Shown here: positions 37,146 through 49,600 of the stretch, in pieces
Layout: each line of letters opens with the position of its first letter
Position numbering within the stretch: the stretch's first letter is position 1
Assembly (NCBI RefSeq): GCF_036588685.1
Contig: NC_086375.1
Location: 50,592,001 to 50,656,000, forward strand
Direction: 5' to 3'
Length of the DNA stretch: 64,000 nucleotides
Source of the DNA: Mytilus trossulus
Taxonomy: Eukaryota
The notes under the pieces: model-generated
Databases searched by the model: none
What the model was told of the DNA's origin: nothing
The model's input: only the letters and a program-made list of their open reading frames with translations
Translations under genes and position numbers: made by a program

Positions 37146-38586
37146 ATTGGAATTCCAATAGGGACTAATTGTGCACCACGTATTTTGGACGTGTTTTTGT
37201 ATTGTTATGAGTTACAATTTATGACTAAAATTAGCAAAGACCCATGGAAACAACATTTGATACAAAAATTTAACAATACTTTTAGATATTTGGATGATAT
37301 ATTGGCTCTCTATAATGACGACTTCGGTATGTATACTTGAGAAATTTATCCTGTTGAACTTTCTTTGATTAAAGCTAATACTAAAAATGACCATTGCCCT
37401 TTCCTCGATCTTAATATCTATATCATACTAATTAAGCTTAGTACAATATTTATGATAGAAGAGATGATTTTTTTTATTTCCTATTGTTAATTGTCCATTT
37501 TTAGGTGGTGACGTCACCATCTTATGGTATTTATTTATCTCAACTTGTACGATTCGCTCGTGTATGTAACAACGTTGTTTTAGATTTTTGGCGAGGGAAA
37601 TTTATGTATTACTGAAAAATTATTATACCAGGGTTTTCGACACCACAAACTAGTCGAAACATTTACTAAATTTTATCATCGGCATAAGGAAATAATTCGT
37701 AAATAAGACATCTTATACGTTAAGGTATTTCACATCCAATCTTTCATGGTAATATTCTTTACAAAGCACAAAAATGTAAGTGTTCACCTCAAACGCTTAC
37801 AAAACCTTTAAACAGACTTATTATTAAGGGATATAGTTACGATACTGTTGTCAGGTCATTAAAGATTGCACATTTTGGCTTTAATATTGATTCACTTATA
37901 GGGTCTTTGCATCGGAACTAAACACATTTATTTAAAAAAAACAGTTGTTGGCATGACACGGGTTATGTTCTTCTCATATATTTTATGATAGTATGATACT
38001 AAACCCCTAACGGGAGGGATGGTGCCTTATATTCATATGATGAAGACATAATTTTTCAATCAGTCTAATTGAGGTCTGGAGCTGGAATGTCAGTTAACTG
38101 CTTAGTAGTCTGTTGTTATTTATGTATTATTGTAATTTTATTTATTTTCTTTTGTTACATCATCTGACATCGGACTCGGACTTCTCTTGAACTAAATTTT
38201 CATGTGTGTATTATTATGCGTTTACTTTTCTACATTGGCTAGAGGTAATGGTGAGGGGATGTTGAGATCTCAAACACCCTGCCGCATGTTTGCGCCTGTC
38301 CCAAGTCAGGAGCCTCTGAACCTTGTTGGTCTTGTATGATTTTTAATTTTCGTTTCTTGTGTATAATTCGGAGTTTAGTATGGCGTCCATTATCACTGTA
38401 CAAGTATACATATTTTTGAAAGATGCCTGTGGGTGTGGGAGTTTCTCGCTACATTGAAGACCCGTTGGTAGCCTTCGGCTGTTGTCTGCTCTTTAACATC
38501 AACAACAACAACAATACTTTATTTGATTTTTATCTATGGTCGGGATATTGTTGCTTTGACACATTCCCCATTTCCTTTCTCAATTT
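37146..38586 (+). mobile_element. 5'-truncated Naiad-type Penelope-like element, copy 2 (frameshifted), antisense in the last intron of the Ig-containing gene
   Basis: Colinear and highly similar to 8626-10039; RT frame broken by indels and stops; same 3' end ttcctttctcaattt. Confidence 0.85.
37962..38052 (+). promoter_or_regulatory. SECIS-like hairpin, copy 2 (3' GA of core mutated)
   Basis: ATGA 37985-37988, AAA 38001-38003, apical mini-stem ccc-ctaac-ggg intact, TGAT changed to TTAT. Confidence 0.6.
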
Positions 38587-40759
38587 TATAAGGATGAACA
38601 ACGATCAGAAGATATAGTATATTCAAAATACTGAAAATGTGTATTTTAATAATAGTTTTTTTTTATTCTAGTTCTACAGCAGATAAAATTGAAAGCATGA
38701 GATCCAAATTATATCATTTGTTACATTTAATTTCATTTCAATATCCGAGCGATCCGTTATAAACAAGATTAAATCTTTTGGATCATTTGTTTTGTATCAG
38801 AGATGGATTTTCTAATGTTACAGTCATACTTACATATAAGTACAACAATAAATACCAGTGTTATTATGATTACCACAGTTACTATAAAGACAGAATTATC
38901 TCCATGTCTATCTTTAGGGCATTGGCGTGTCCAGCCTAAAACATAATATATCAACTTTCAAAAGCTTATAATTAAGATTACAGAATAATTATCACACAAT
39001 CAATGAAACATGTGTTGATCAACCAAAAGGTAAAAGTACAAATTTCAGACACAAAAGTTATCTTTTTTTTAAAGTCAAAATCACCGATAAACCTACTTGT
39101 AACTACTTTTAACACTTATTATACAATTATTTTAACAAACAGTACTCACTATTATTAGATGAAGATATGTAAATCAATACAATTTTCTTTCCTAATGCAC
39201 AATATGCAGTGATATCGTTGCCACACATATCGTCGCTTATACTGAAACCCATTTTTACGTTGTAAAGTTTGCCATTTTCTTCTAAGGAAACGTTACCATT
39301 CATTTTCGCCTTCTTTTACTGAAAATAAGAAGAAAGAAAAAAACGATACAAGAATCATTTCATTTACTTCAGTTTTTTATTCGAGAGATTTTAGCAAATG
39401 TATTTATCATTCAATATATTGAATTTGCATCCAAGTCCTCACCATTAAACATATAATTCAGTAAGACTATCATAAATTAAGCATGAAAAAGGAAGAAATA
39501 CCAATGGATCAGGTCTTAAGCAGCCGACTAAAGATGTAATATGATTTAGATGTATCGACCAAAATAAAATTAACCCTCTCATTGTAGCTTTACCTTCTTC
39601 ATGTACAACATCTGAAGAAATCAATAAACTGAATTTGAAAATTACAAGGTCTATTAATATTGGTCTTTATAAATCTACCCCGATCGAGATGCTGATAACG
39701 CTTTTATGTAGGAGATAAATTGAGAGAAGGTTTCAACATAATCTTGATTGATACTATGATAATAATGTGATGTTTTTAGAAATATAAGTTGCATAAATTT
39801 GATATAATCGTTCCTGTTGTTTCAAATATTTCCTATGTTGTAGAACATTTTATTCAAGTACCTTTAATTTTATTCCTTTTGTTATAAGAAAAATAGTATC
39901 TACCTTTGATGAGAAGAAACATTCCGGTTTGGGGAACATGTTTCGCATTTTTAATGAAACTGTGATCATGCCATTTTCTCTGGTTATATTCATAATAGTT
40001 TCGTTGCTTAAAGGTTTCACTGAAACGAATAAATGCATGAAATATATTAAGTGTCTTAATATTACCATATAATGACATCAGAGTGATATGTCCAGCAGAG
40101 ATTTCGGAAGTACGTATAAAAGTGTGAAAGGGTGGTTTATAGGTATAACTTTACCGCACATTCATAAGTGTTTTGAACAACTAACACTTACACAAAGTAA
40201 ATGCATTTTATATCATTTTGTTCTTATCATCATCTGAAAAGACAGAGCAAATAAGTATTAAGACATGTTCAGTCTTTTGATCTTACTTAGCCACTGCGAT
40301 ACAATCCGAATTATTCTAACACATCGTTTGCTGTTATTTCAATAGATTTACGGACATTTTAGTATGTTGCTGATACAACATGATATGTACAGTTAAGAAA
40401 CAAGTCACACCAGTCTTAACAATTCTTAATTGAATGCATGGAAATTTGTGGGAAAAAAATCAGTAGTGCAGTGGACAAGTCTGAGACTTTACTGAACAAC
40501 TTCATACTTGATGGTTCACATATTAAAAAAGCTGTTCAGATCAAATTGACTTTTTCAGATAAAACTTCGTTTACTATTGACAAGAAGCGGTTATTTCATT
40601 TTCGTAAAACAAAGATGCATTACTTTTTTTTAAACCCAAATACTGCAAAGCTTTCTTGAGAACTATAAACAGCAATACAATTCGCCGCAGATGATTATTT
40701 TTATATCTTGTCTATCTATATATCCAGTTGATTGTTATATAGATATATATTTATATATA

Positions 40760-41470
40760 AACGAGTCTAAATTGAAAACTAAGTTCAAACCTATAATTAT
40801 GTCGGATAAAAACCGCATTTTTTATACGTGTGCATTTAAAGCAAATTTCGTTGTGAAGGGTATAAATAAAGCACAAACAAAATTTTCCAAATGACCAAAA
40901 AAAGGGAAAAAGTATATTTAAACAAAGCGCATTTGACTAAAAGGTGGAACAACTGATGTTCTTTAACCCTGATGACTGTCATTGGCGATTGCCAAATAAA
41001 ATTGATCACAAGATGTAACAAAATGGATCTTAATATAAATTTAATACTAAACAGAAAACAATCACATTGTGGTCACGATGCTATGCCACAAACATAAGGT
41101 GTCAATACTTGTTTTGTACACCAGATCCGGATTTCGACAATAAATGTCTCTTCAGTGATGTTAGGGATCGAAACGGTATTTGGAAGGCCATATAAACTGT
41201 ACCCTCATTTTTAGATACACTTTTGAATTTTAAGAGTCAATAAAGGATGAACGGATCATATAAACCGGAGGGAAAATATGATACAAGCCCAAACGAAAAA
41301 ATATAAACCTATGATTACGTTGGACAAAAACCGCAATATTTATACGTGTCCATGTAAAACAAATTTCGTTGTATATCGAAGGGTCTTAATACAGCACAAA
41401 CAACATTTTCCAAATGACCAAAAGAGTGAAAAGTATATTTTAAAAAAACGCATTTGGCTAACAGGTCGAA
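40760..41470 (-). mobile_element. Retrozyme-like element (family B): about 1.3 units of a 518-nt repeat with a hammerhead, set in TA-rich microsatellite flanks
   Basis: Diverged direct repeats 40787-40950 and 41305-41470 (offset 518 nt) bracket an intact hammerhead; (TA)n at about 40737-40758 and 41470-41482. Confidence 0.7.
41118..41161 (-). ncRNA. Minimal type I hammerhead ribozyme (family B), intact
   Basis: Reverse complement acatca CTGAAGA GACA-tttat-TGTC GAAA TCCGGA TC tggtgt; all stems pair; AUC cleavage triplet. Confidence 0.85.
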
Positions 41471-42129
41471 TATATATATATATCAACAAAGAATGCATGA
41501 TTTGACCAAATGTGGTATTTGGAATTATTAAAATTACAAAGTCCAACTACGTAAAGTATTCATCAATAAGAACTATCTCGTACTTATATTCTCATTGCCT
41601 TTCAACTGGCACTTCAAAAACTTTAAAATAACATAAAGAGGTTGACTTACTGACAAAACTTTCTTCTCTCAGTTCTAACTTCTGTTCAAATAAGTCAAAA
41701 TTCGATTCACATCTATAGTTAACGTTAACATCTGTCATATCAATATTAATGATTGTCAGCAAGTAGTAAGTAATATTTCCTTTTGGTTCTACTGACGCTA
41801 AATATTTCATCGTATTTGATGGGCTATCACCCGTTGCCACTACCTTTGCACCAGGATCTCTTACCCATGCCATGTGATTAGTAGCAGGACTGTGTATTAT
41901 ACAACAGAGAGTAGCATTACTCCCGAAGACTACTGGGTTTGTGTGAAGACTCCATGTAACTGTAATAAAACATGTTTGGTTTATTCCAAGAGATGTTCAG
42001 GTTATTGTCAATAATTTCTGATCTTAGACTTTTCATTACAAATAAGAATCTTATTTTCTAATAAATATGACATTCATTTTAAGCACTCTTGAACGAATTC
42101 AAGTTAGAAAACGTTTATTTTGGTCTTAT

Positions 42130-42188
42130 TAGTTATCAAAGGTATAAGAATTGTAATTTAGTTCGCAAGACGCGCGTTTCGTCTACAT
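42130..42188 (-). repeat. Truncated family A retrozyme fragment (3' half of hammerhead only)
   Basis: tagttatcaaaggtat...agacgcgcgtttcgtctacat; the CUGAUGA side is missing. Confidence 0.7.
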
Positions 42189-43606
42189 CGCCTTATCATC
42201 TTTGAAATATCACAGTCATGTGTCCTACTGTTCAAACCATTCCATGTTTGTCAATTCAGGTTTATTAGTACTGTTCTTTACCTTTTTCAGACAATTATGT
42301 GTGTACTCAAGCGATTAACAATTAATGAACAGTCTGAACAAAGACTGAACAGATTTGAATTATTTACAAGCAAGCTGTCTGAAGAGTGCGGAAATTGCGA
42401 GTCATAAAACGACTTAATAGTTTATTACACTCTTCCTTGTTAAAAGCTGTTCAAATAAAAATGACTTTGTCAACCTAAAACACGTTAACGAGTGCAGACA
42501 TTTTTACTAAAATGAATATCAAAGACAGTTTCAAAACTACCTATAAACTATCGAATAAGCCTTATAAATTGTAACAAAATTGAGAGGAATCTTTGTGCTG
42601 GATTATGCGAGTAGTTTCTTCTTTATAATAAAAAAGGCAGTACAATTTAAACATGATATATTTATGCTAAAATTGAGAATGGAAATGGGGAATGTGTCAA
42701 AGAGACAACAACCCGACCAAATAAAAAAAACAACAGCAGAAGGTCACCAACAGGTCTTCAATGTAGCGAGAAATTCCCATACTTGCTTCTGTGTATTCTG
42801 GTGTTTTTTTTATCATTCCAAATGCAGATAAAAGCATCAAACAAACGAGCAATATTTCAAAATATCAGTGTTCATCATATTATGATTACTAACATACAAT
42901 TCATACAATCTTTCAATAAAAAAAAATAAGGCTGCAACTCCCTCGGTAAAATTTTGTCAATTTGGTAACTGTAATGCCTTTTTGGTAATACAGCACTGTT
43001 AATGTTTTCATACATCCTTGGTTTTCGAGTATTCGGCTTTGAGTGTGCTTGATTAAGAAAAAAACACTTCCGACACATGACATTCATAAATTGTTGTTTT
43101 CTTTTAATTTTACAAATTACCTTTTCCTGGACTGGCATTATTCGCACCTCTTGTATAAGGGATACTACATAATAAAATCAAAAGTGCTTCCAAAAATTTC
43201 CAATCTCTGCAATATAAATTAGACATCTTAATACATAAAAACGGATCTTGTTAGTTTTGTAATATTATTCAGTCAATATGTAGAATTACATTTCATTAAT
43301 CGATTTGAGTACGCTATAATGTAAATAAATTGTACTCAAATTTTTAGTAGAAAAACTATTTTTCTGTTAACATTCGGATATTTTCCGCTATATATAATAC
43401 GTACCTTGTCGTAAACCAGGTTTTTGGACAGGGTTGCGTGCTAATACCCTCCATATGATAAAAGGTGTTGCCTAAAACAAGATTGATGATATTTTGATAA
43501 ATAGGTTACACCAATAGCTGATGTGTGTTCTTTTTTGCTTATCTTTCATGCATCTTTTGATTTCGTTATATCTCTTAGCTAAATCAGAAGAGATTTTTTC
43601 TTTTTT

Positions 43607-46600
43607 TCAAAGATTCAACTGAAAGTTCTTGATATGTTGGCTTGTATACCTGACTATGGAAAGACTGTTATCTAAACGGTAAAACAACTGAATATAACTG
43701 AAATACGTTGAAAATTTCGATTTGGAGGTGAAGAATTAGGTCATCAGGTATAAAATGTTATCAGAAAATGAACTTTGGTATAGCTAGCTTTTATGGTCAT
43801 TGGCTCATGACTGTTATATAGATAAGACGATGTGGTAGGAGTTCAAATGATACAACTTTCCATCCAAATCACAATTTGTAAAAAGTAAACAATTATATGG
43901 CAAAGTATTGCCTTCGAAATGGAGCCTTTTTTCACACGGAACAGAGGGCTGTAAAGAGTTACAAGCAGACTACGGTAAAACAATTGAAACAGGACAACCA
44001 ACGGTCCAATATTTGTTTTTTTGTATATTGTTTTGATTCAAATTTTAAAAAAATATTTCGTTTTTCACCCGACTATACGGTATGCGTTTTTCTCCTTGTT
44101 TGAGGTAGTACGGTTGTCTATAATTTCTTGGATCCAAATCATTCGCACTATGTTGGATAGTTGTCTCATTTGCAATGATACAACAGCTTTATTTTCAAAA
44201 TGGTCAAGTGTTAATACATGCAACTGCGCGTGTTTTTATTATTTAAAAAAAGTGATTTGCCTCTTTATTCCTTTGTTCGGTCGAATTTGAGATATCTCTT
44301 GGATGCAAAAGTAAAGAATAACCTTGAAAACTTACTAGTTGTACCATGCATCATCTAATGAGAGCGGTTTTTCTACATATGAAATATTAGAACTTTGTAT
44401 AATGATGTAAAGACAGCGAGACTTGTTACTACTTCAAAGCTTACCCTTTAAACAAATCGTACTTTTTAGCGTCATCTCTTTTATACCTTTTATCTTTTTG
44501 TCTTTGGAAAAAACGTCCTCCTTGTCGTTGTCATATTGATTTGATCCCTTTTCGTTTTTATCATTGGCTGCTCTAATCTCATTCATTGCTTTTTGAAAAA
44601 CGATGCAATCTTTCTTGTTACTAATACCTTCCATAACCTTTTTATCATAAGTATCAGCATTTGTTTCAAGGATTTTAGCAACTGCTTGTTTACAATTGGA
44701 AGCTGCATTTTCGCCTACATTTTCACCTTTGACCTCTTCGCCTTCTTTTATATTTACGATCTTGCTATCAACCTCTTTAACATCAATATCATCTGTAAAT
44801 CCTTGTATTCTACCAATTATATCTTCGTATAGTTTATTAAAGTCGCAAACTTCCTTTATACTATCCATATCACCATGTTTGTCTTCGAATTCAATATTTT
44901 GTGTTTCTCCAACTTTCTTTTTATCATAAATTTCTTCTTCTAATGTGTTTATACCATCAGCGGACATTTCACCAACAATTTCCTTATAAAAGCTCTTTTC
45001 CGTAACCACTCCACTTTCACAATCCATTTCATCATCATTTTCGGATATCTCAACATCTTCTCGTTTACCAACAATAGCATCAGCTTCAGGTAGAATTCCA
45101 CCAACGACCATTTCACAATCATAATTATCATCTTGAATTACAACGTGTATTTCACAAACAATAGTATCTTCTTCCACTAGATTTTCACAACTTTCTTTAA
45201 AAATATTCGCAGCCTTTCGTCGGATTTTATAAGCCGCATTATTATCAACATGTCCATTATCTTTCCCTTCACTTTCGCTGACTGCATTTTCACAATATAT
45301 ATCAGGCTTTTTTTCTTGATTTTCATCTACTGCATTTTCAGCCTCTTTTTTTTTTGGATAATCATCAACAGCTTTTTTAGCAACCATGCAACTAAAATCA
45401 GAACCGTGTTCTTTTTCTTGTATATCAACAGTATTGTCTTTGCTGTACTCTGCGTGGATTTCATTATTCGCCTTTGTGTCGGTATAATATTTAGAAGGGT
45501 TAGATTTTCCTGACGTTTCTAAAACATCAAAATAATTAAAGTATAACTGTTATTCCAAAAGCGTTAAGGAACCTTATTCTAATTATACGATACCAACTTT
45601 CAATGTTTTGCGAAAGTACTTATAACATTTTTAAAGTAGTAAATTATTTATTTGTAAACGAACTCTTCAATTTGATTTCGCCTCTTAAACTACTTTTGTT
45701 TAAGTTGAAGTTTTTTTTTATTTAAATTTTACACATTGTATTTTACTGGTATATTCATAACATTAGTTAACTCAAATATTCATCAACGTAAAGAGTATAA
45801 GAATAAATTACCTAGTAAATTTGTATTTTTGTTTGCTTCAAACACGTTTCATATCGATATCATATCGATATTTATTTTCGTCTTATGAGTTTTGTATCTT
45901 TCGTCGCTCTGTTTTTTTTTAATGTGGTGGGTTTCAAGTAAACTTGAAATATTTAAACAATTCTGAAAAAAACATAGTTAAAAAGTGTTTCTGTGTAAAA
46001 CCTGTTACAGATTGTGTATACTTTTATTTGGTTTTGAAAACTTAAACTTGGTATACCTAGGTCTGTTACGTCAAGGACATATCCAACAGAGATATGTCTT
46101 GTCTCAAAATGTTGCAGATCAAATATTGTGTCGTATTTGTCAGCGTCTGTACCTGAAAAGTAAACATGCGTTATAGTGTAAATGGTTAACATGTGAGCGT
46201 ATAATTTTGACATCTACTAAACCAGAATATTACGTATTAAGTCCAATCAAGAATTATTCAATACGTAAAAAATTACACATTTTTACAGCTAACTAGTTAT
46301 GATAATAAAATGACATTCTTTTGCTTACTTGTTTAGGATGGAAGCAGCATATTTCCAAAATGATTTGAGAAACATTACTAAAATCTTATTCTACGCAATT
46401 TTGTTTTGTCAGATACCTTTACTTCTTTGTACTTCATCATTTAGATGTTCTGTGGTGGTAGATTCTAGACAAATTATATCTGAACTGTTAATATCTTCAT
46501 TTTGTTCTACAACAGTAAAAGATATATATTTTAATTAAATTGGAATAAATACTGAAATGATAACTGTCTATAAACCTTAACGGTTCTTTCAAGCGGTAAC

Positions 46601-49600
46601 TTACTCAATAAAATGTGTAACAGGAATTCCAAACAACATAAATCTGGATCACCATTAAGTTTGATATCGCAAAAATAATATCTCTTAAAATTTAAATAAA
46701 AGCAAGTGTCTTGAGAGTTGTAAAAGCCTGCGTAAGTGAACATATTTAACGTCTAGAATTTATGGATAAAGGCGTAATAATAATAACAAGTGAGAAACCA
46801 ATATCAATATAGCTTATAGATATCCCAATAATAAATAAGATATCAAAATTATAATAAAAAATACTGTAAGTTAAACAATTTTGTAATAATCAGTACCTTT
46901 GATTAATTCCGTATTGCTGTCTATTTCATATAAAAAATCGCTGTCAGAATTGTGATCTTGTTCATGTATATCATCGTCACCTTTCAACGTGGAAACTACA
47001 AGCAAAACAGGAAACAAATCACACCTTTGATAGAATTGTCTTACTCAATTGCAGTTTTACATCATGTTGCACTTAAATTTAAACAAAGAAGTACCACAAT
47101 TTCTAACCTTAACGCAATCGAAGGAAAAAATAATTATAAACCTTATAACCTGTATTATTATACCTTTTTCGAACTTGCCGAGCTAAGATGGCGTAGATCT
47201 AGAGCAGCTAACTGAACACACATAAACCAAAAAAGTGCAACGTGTAAATACTTTTCAGTAATGAAAATTTATTCGTATTTCAAATAAGTTTATGAAACAA
47301 TATTCGTCTATTTTCCTAACGAGGTTGTCTGCTAGTGACATATGTTTGTGGTCATATTGCGGCGCACTCAGTCGCACTCGACTTATCTCTTCTTAGTCGA
47401 TTTACCACATTACCTCATTTCAATATCGGTAAATTTATATCACTGTAATTTCCTCAAAGTAACAATAACTAATAAAATGCCTTAGTTTGCGTATTCACAG
47501 TAGCTAATGTACATATACTGTCCAGTTTTAGTTCTCCGAAAAAAAACATCTTTTGTGACTTTCTTTCTGTAAAACTATCCAATTAACATTGAAACTATAC
47601 CTTTTCTTTTGTAAAACACCAGTTCATTTTCATTTTCGTCTGATTCTTTTGTCAATTCAGTATATTTATCTACCGTATTCACAGGCGTCTCATCCTTGCA
47701 ATCGAAATATGTTTCGTCTGCAACAACCCAGAATAAACATTTTAGATGAAGATATAAAATTTACATTTTTTGTTATTTTTTGTTGTTGAATTCTTGCAAT
47801 TATTTCTTACAAAATCAAAGAGAACTTTTCTGGTACGACATTAAACACAAACAGTATAAATGTGTAAAATATTTAACTGAATTTCAAATTTACATTTTTC
47901 AAAGATTTCAACTTTCATTTTAATCGTAACTTCTCATAATGTGTTTTTTTCTCTTTTAGATATAGATAAAGTCATTGAAATTCGTCATATTCGACTGCCT
48001 TTTGCATATCATAAATTATTCAAAAAAAATTATAAATGTGTTATTTACCATCTGATTCACTTTCGTAATCTAAATGTTTCGATGTGCTTGCACATGATTG
48101 TAAGAGATTTCTACCAGTTACTTCACCAGGAGAATTTGAAATATTGTCTGGTACGTTTTTCCTTTTTTCATCTTCTGATATCTCTAAAAACAAATGATAT
48201 AAATGTATAAGCGTTTTTGTTTCTTTATAGTTGTTTGCACGTGTTGTTTGAATTTTGTTTGAAGTAATGAGGTTATATAAATTATATGTAAAACAAAGAA
48301 TAACTCTTTTTATTGTTTTTAGACTGCAGGTGTTGTTTAACCTATACTTTTATTCAGTAATGAAATAATAGGATTTCATAAAGCCTCGTTTCAACCCTTT
48401 GAAACATTTAGAATTCAAGTGAAACATGCACTTTCGTCTCCTTTTTTAACAACGTATTCCGAAAGGTTATCACTAAAATAGTGTACCACAAATACTCGAA
48501 CCTCTCAGATTTCTAATTTCAGTATACCAGAATACCAGAATTACATTTAAAGTCTCATGCCGAAAATTATCAGACAACGCCATGTCTATCAAAAGAAAAA
48601 AGACCAATAGGCAAACAAGAGTACAAAACACAACACAGAAAGCTAAATGACTGAGCAACAAGAACTCCTTCAAATACTCGAGGTGATCTAAGAAAGGGTA
48701 AGCAGATCAAACTAGCTCGAGAAACATTTTCAAAGCTTGAACCGTTACAATCGACATTAATCTGAAAACTAAAATGAATCACATTTTTTTCATGAATTAG
48801 TTAACAGATTATATATACATACAATGTATACAGACTCGGTGGTCAAGTGGAATAATAACTCCCTTAACGTTGATCACTTGTCTGTCAATTTTCTATAGGG
48901 AGTGAGTTTATCTTGTTGCGTAATTGATTGCGACAAAGATTGATTGTTTTTATAGAGTTTCTGGCCGAATGTACTCGGGCTACCTCCAACAGCAAAAGAT
49001 GATCGCTATGATATATTTTTTGTTGAACTTGGCTTGTTTACTCTATATACCAGCATTAAAAAACGTTTGGTAATAAGATAAATGTTCCTTCTTCCGTACT
49101 AGGAACAACAAAATCATTTATCTAATAAAAACTATTTCCATTCTCCATTTAAACAATATTATAAAAAATATTTTCATTAACCTGTGAACATTAATAAAAT
49201 GATGGTTTTTTGTTCAATGTTACTTTTTTGTTAAATTGTTAAACATCTCACATCGGTATAATATTGTTGCCTTTATTTATTCACATATATTTATTGAGTT
49301 TGTGTTTACATGGTATCATAGATCAAATTTATAAAGCAAAATATGTTTTTGATTGAATTAAACCATTTCAATAGATATGTTATAGTGTGTCTTTCTATGA
49401 TGTTTTGTTACGCTATTTTAGATAAGGGTGAAGATTGGTACCTATTAAAACGTTTTAAAACGCTGCATTTAGTTTTGTACCTGTCGTAAGTCAGAAATTG
49501 CAGTCCAGTAGTTTTCGTTTGTTGATTTGGTTCATAAGTGTTGATCGTTTTTTTGTATATAGGTAAGACCGTTCGTTTCCTGTTTGAATGGTTAAATAGC

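Larger units (their letters stand above)
36853..43606 (-). pseudogene. Decayed TM-IgV-IgC-TM portion of the large minus-strand gene
   Basis: Exons 43671-43405 (TGA 43609-43607; TAG 43474-43472 inside a hydrophobic segment), 41959-41651 (V-type Ig: ATLCC...MAW...YYLLTI...VNYRCE), 40019-39904, 39318-39150 (first codon TAA at the canonical acceptor), 38935-38834 (TM), 36944-36853 (tail, TAA). Frames and splice phases are all conserved. Confidence 0.7.

Noticed and set aside
37338-37340. TGA in PLE copy 2 as a Sec codon
   Set aside because: It aligns to Lys (AAA) in copy 1, not Cys, in a copy with many other lesions.
40969-41000. CTGATGA on the plus strand as another hammerhead
   Set aside because: No stem II closed by GAAA and no stem I/III partner.
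43607-43609. In-frame TGA in the large minus-strand gene read as selenocysteine using the SECIS at 37962-38052
   Set aside because: That SECIS is on the opposite strand, intronic and has a mutated core; TAG and TAA stops follow anyway.
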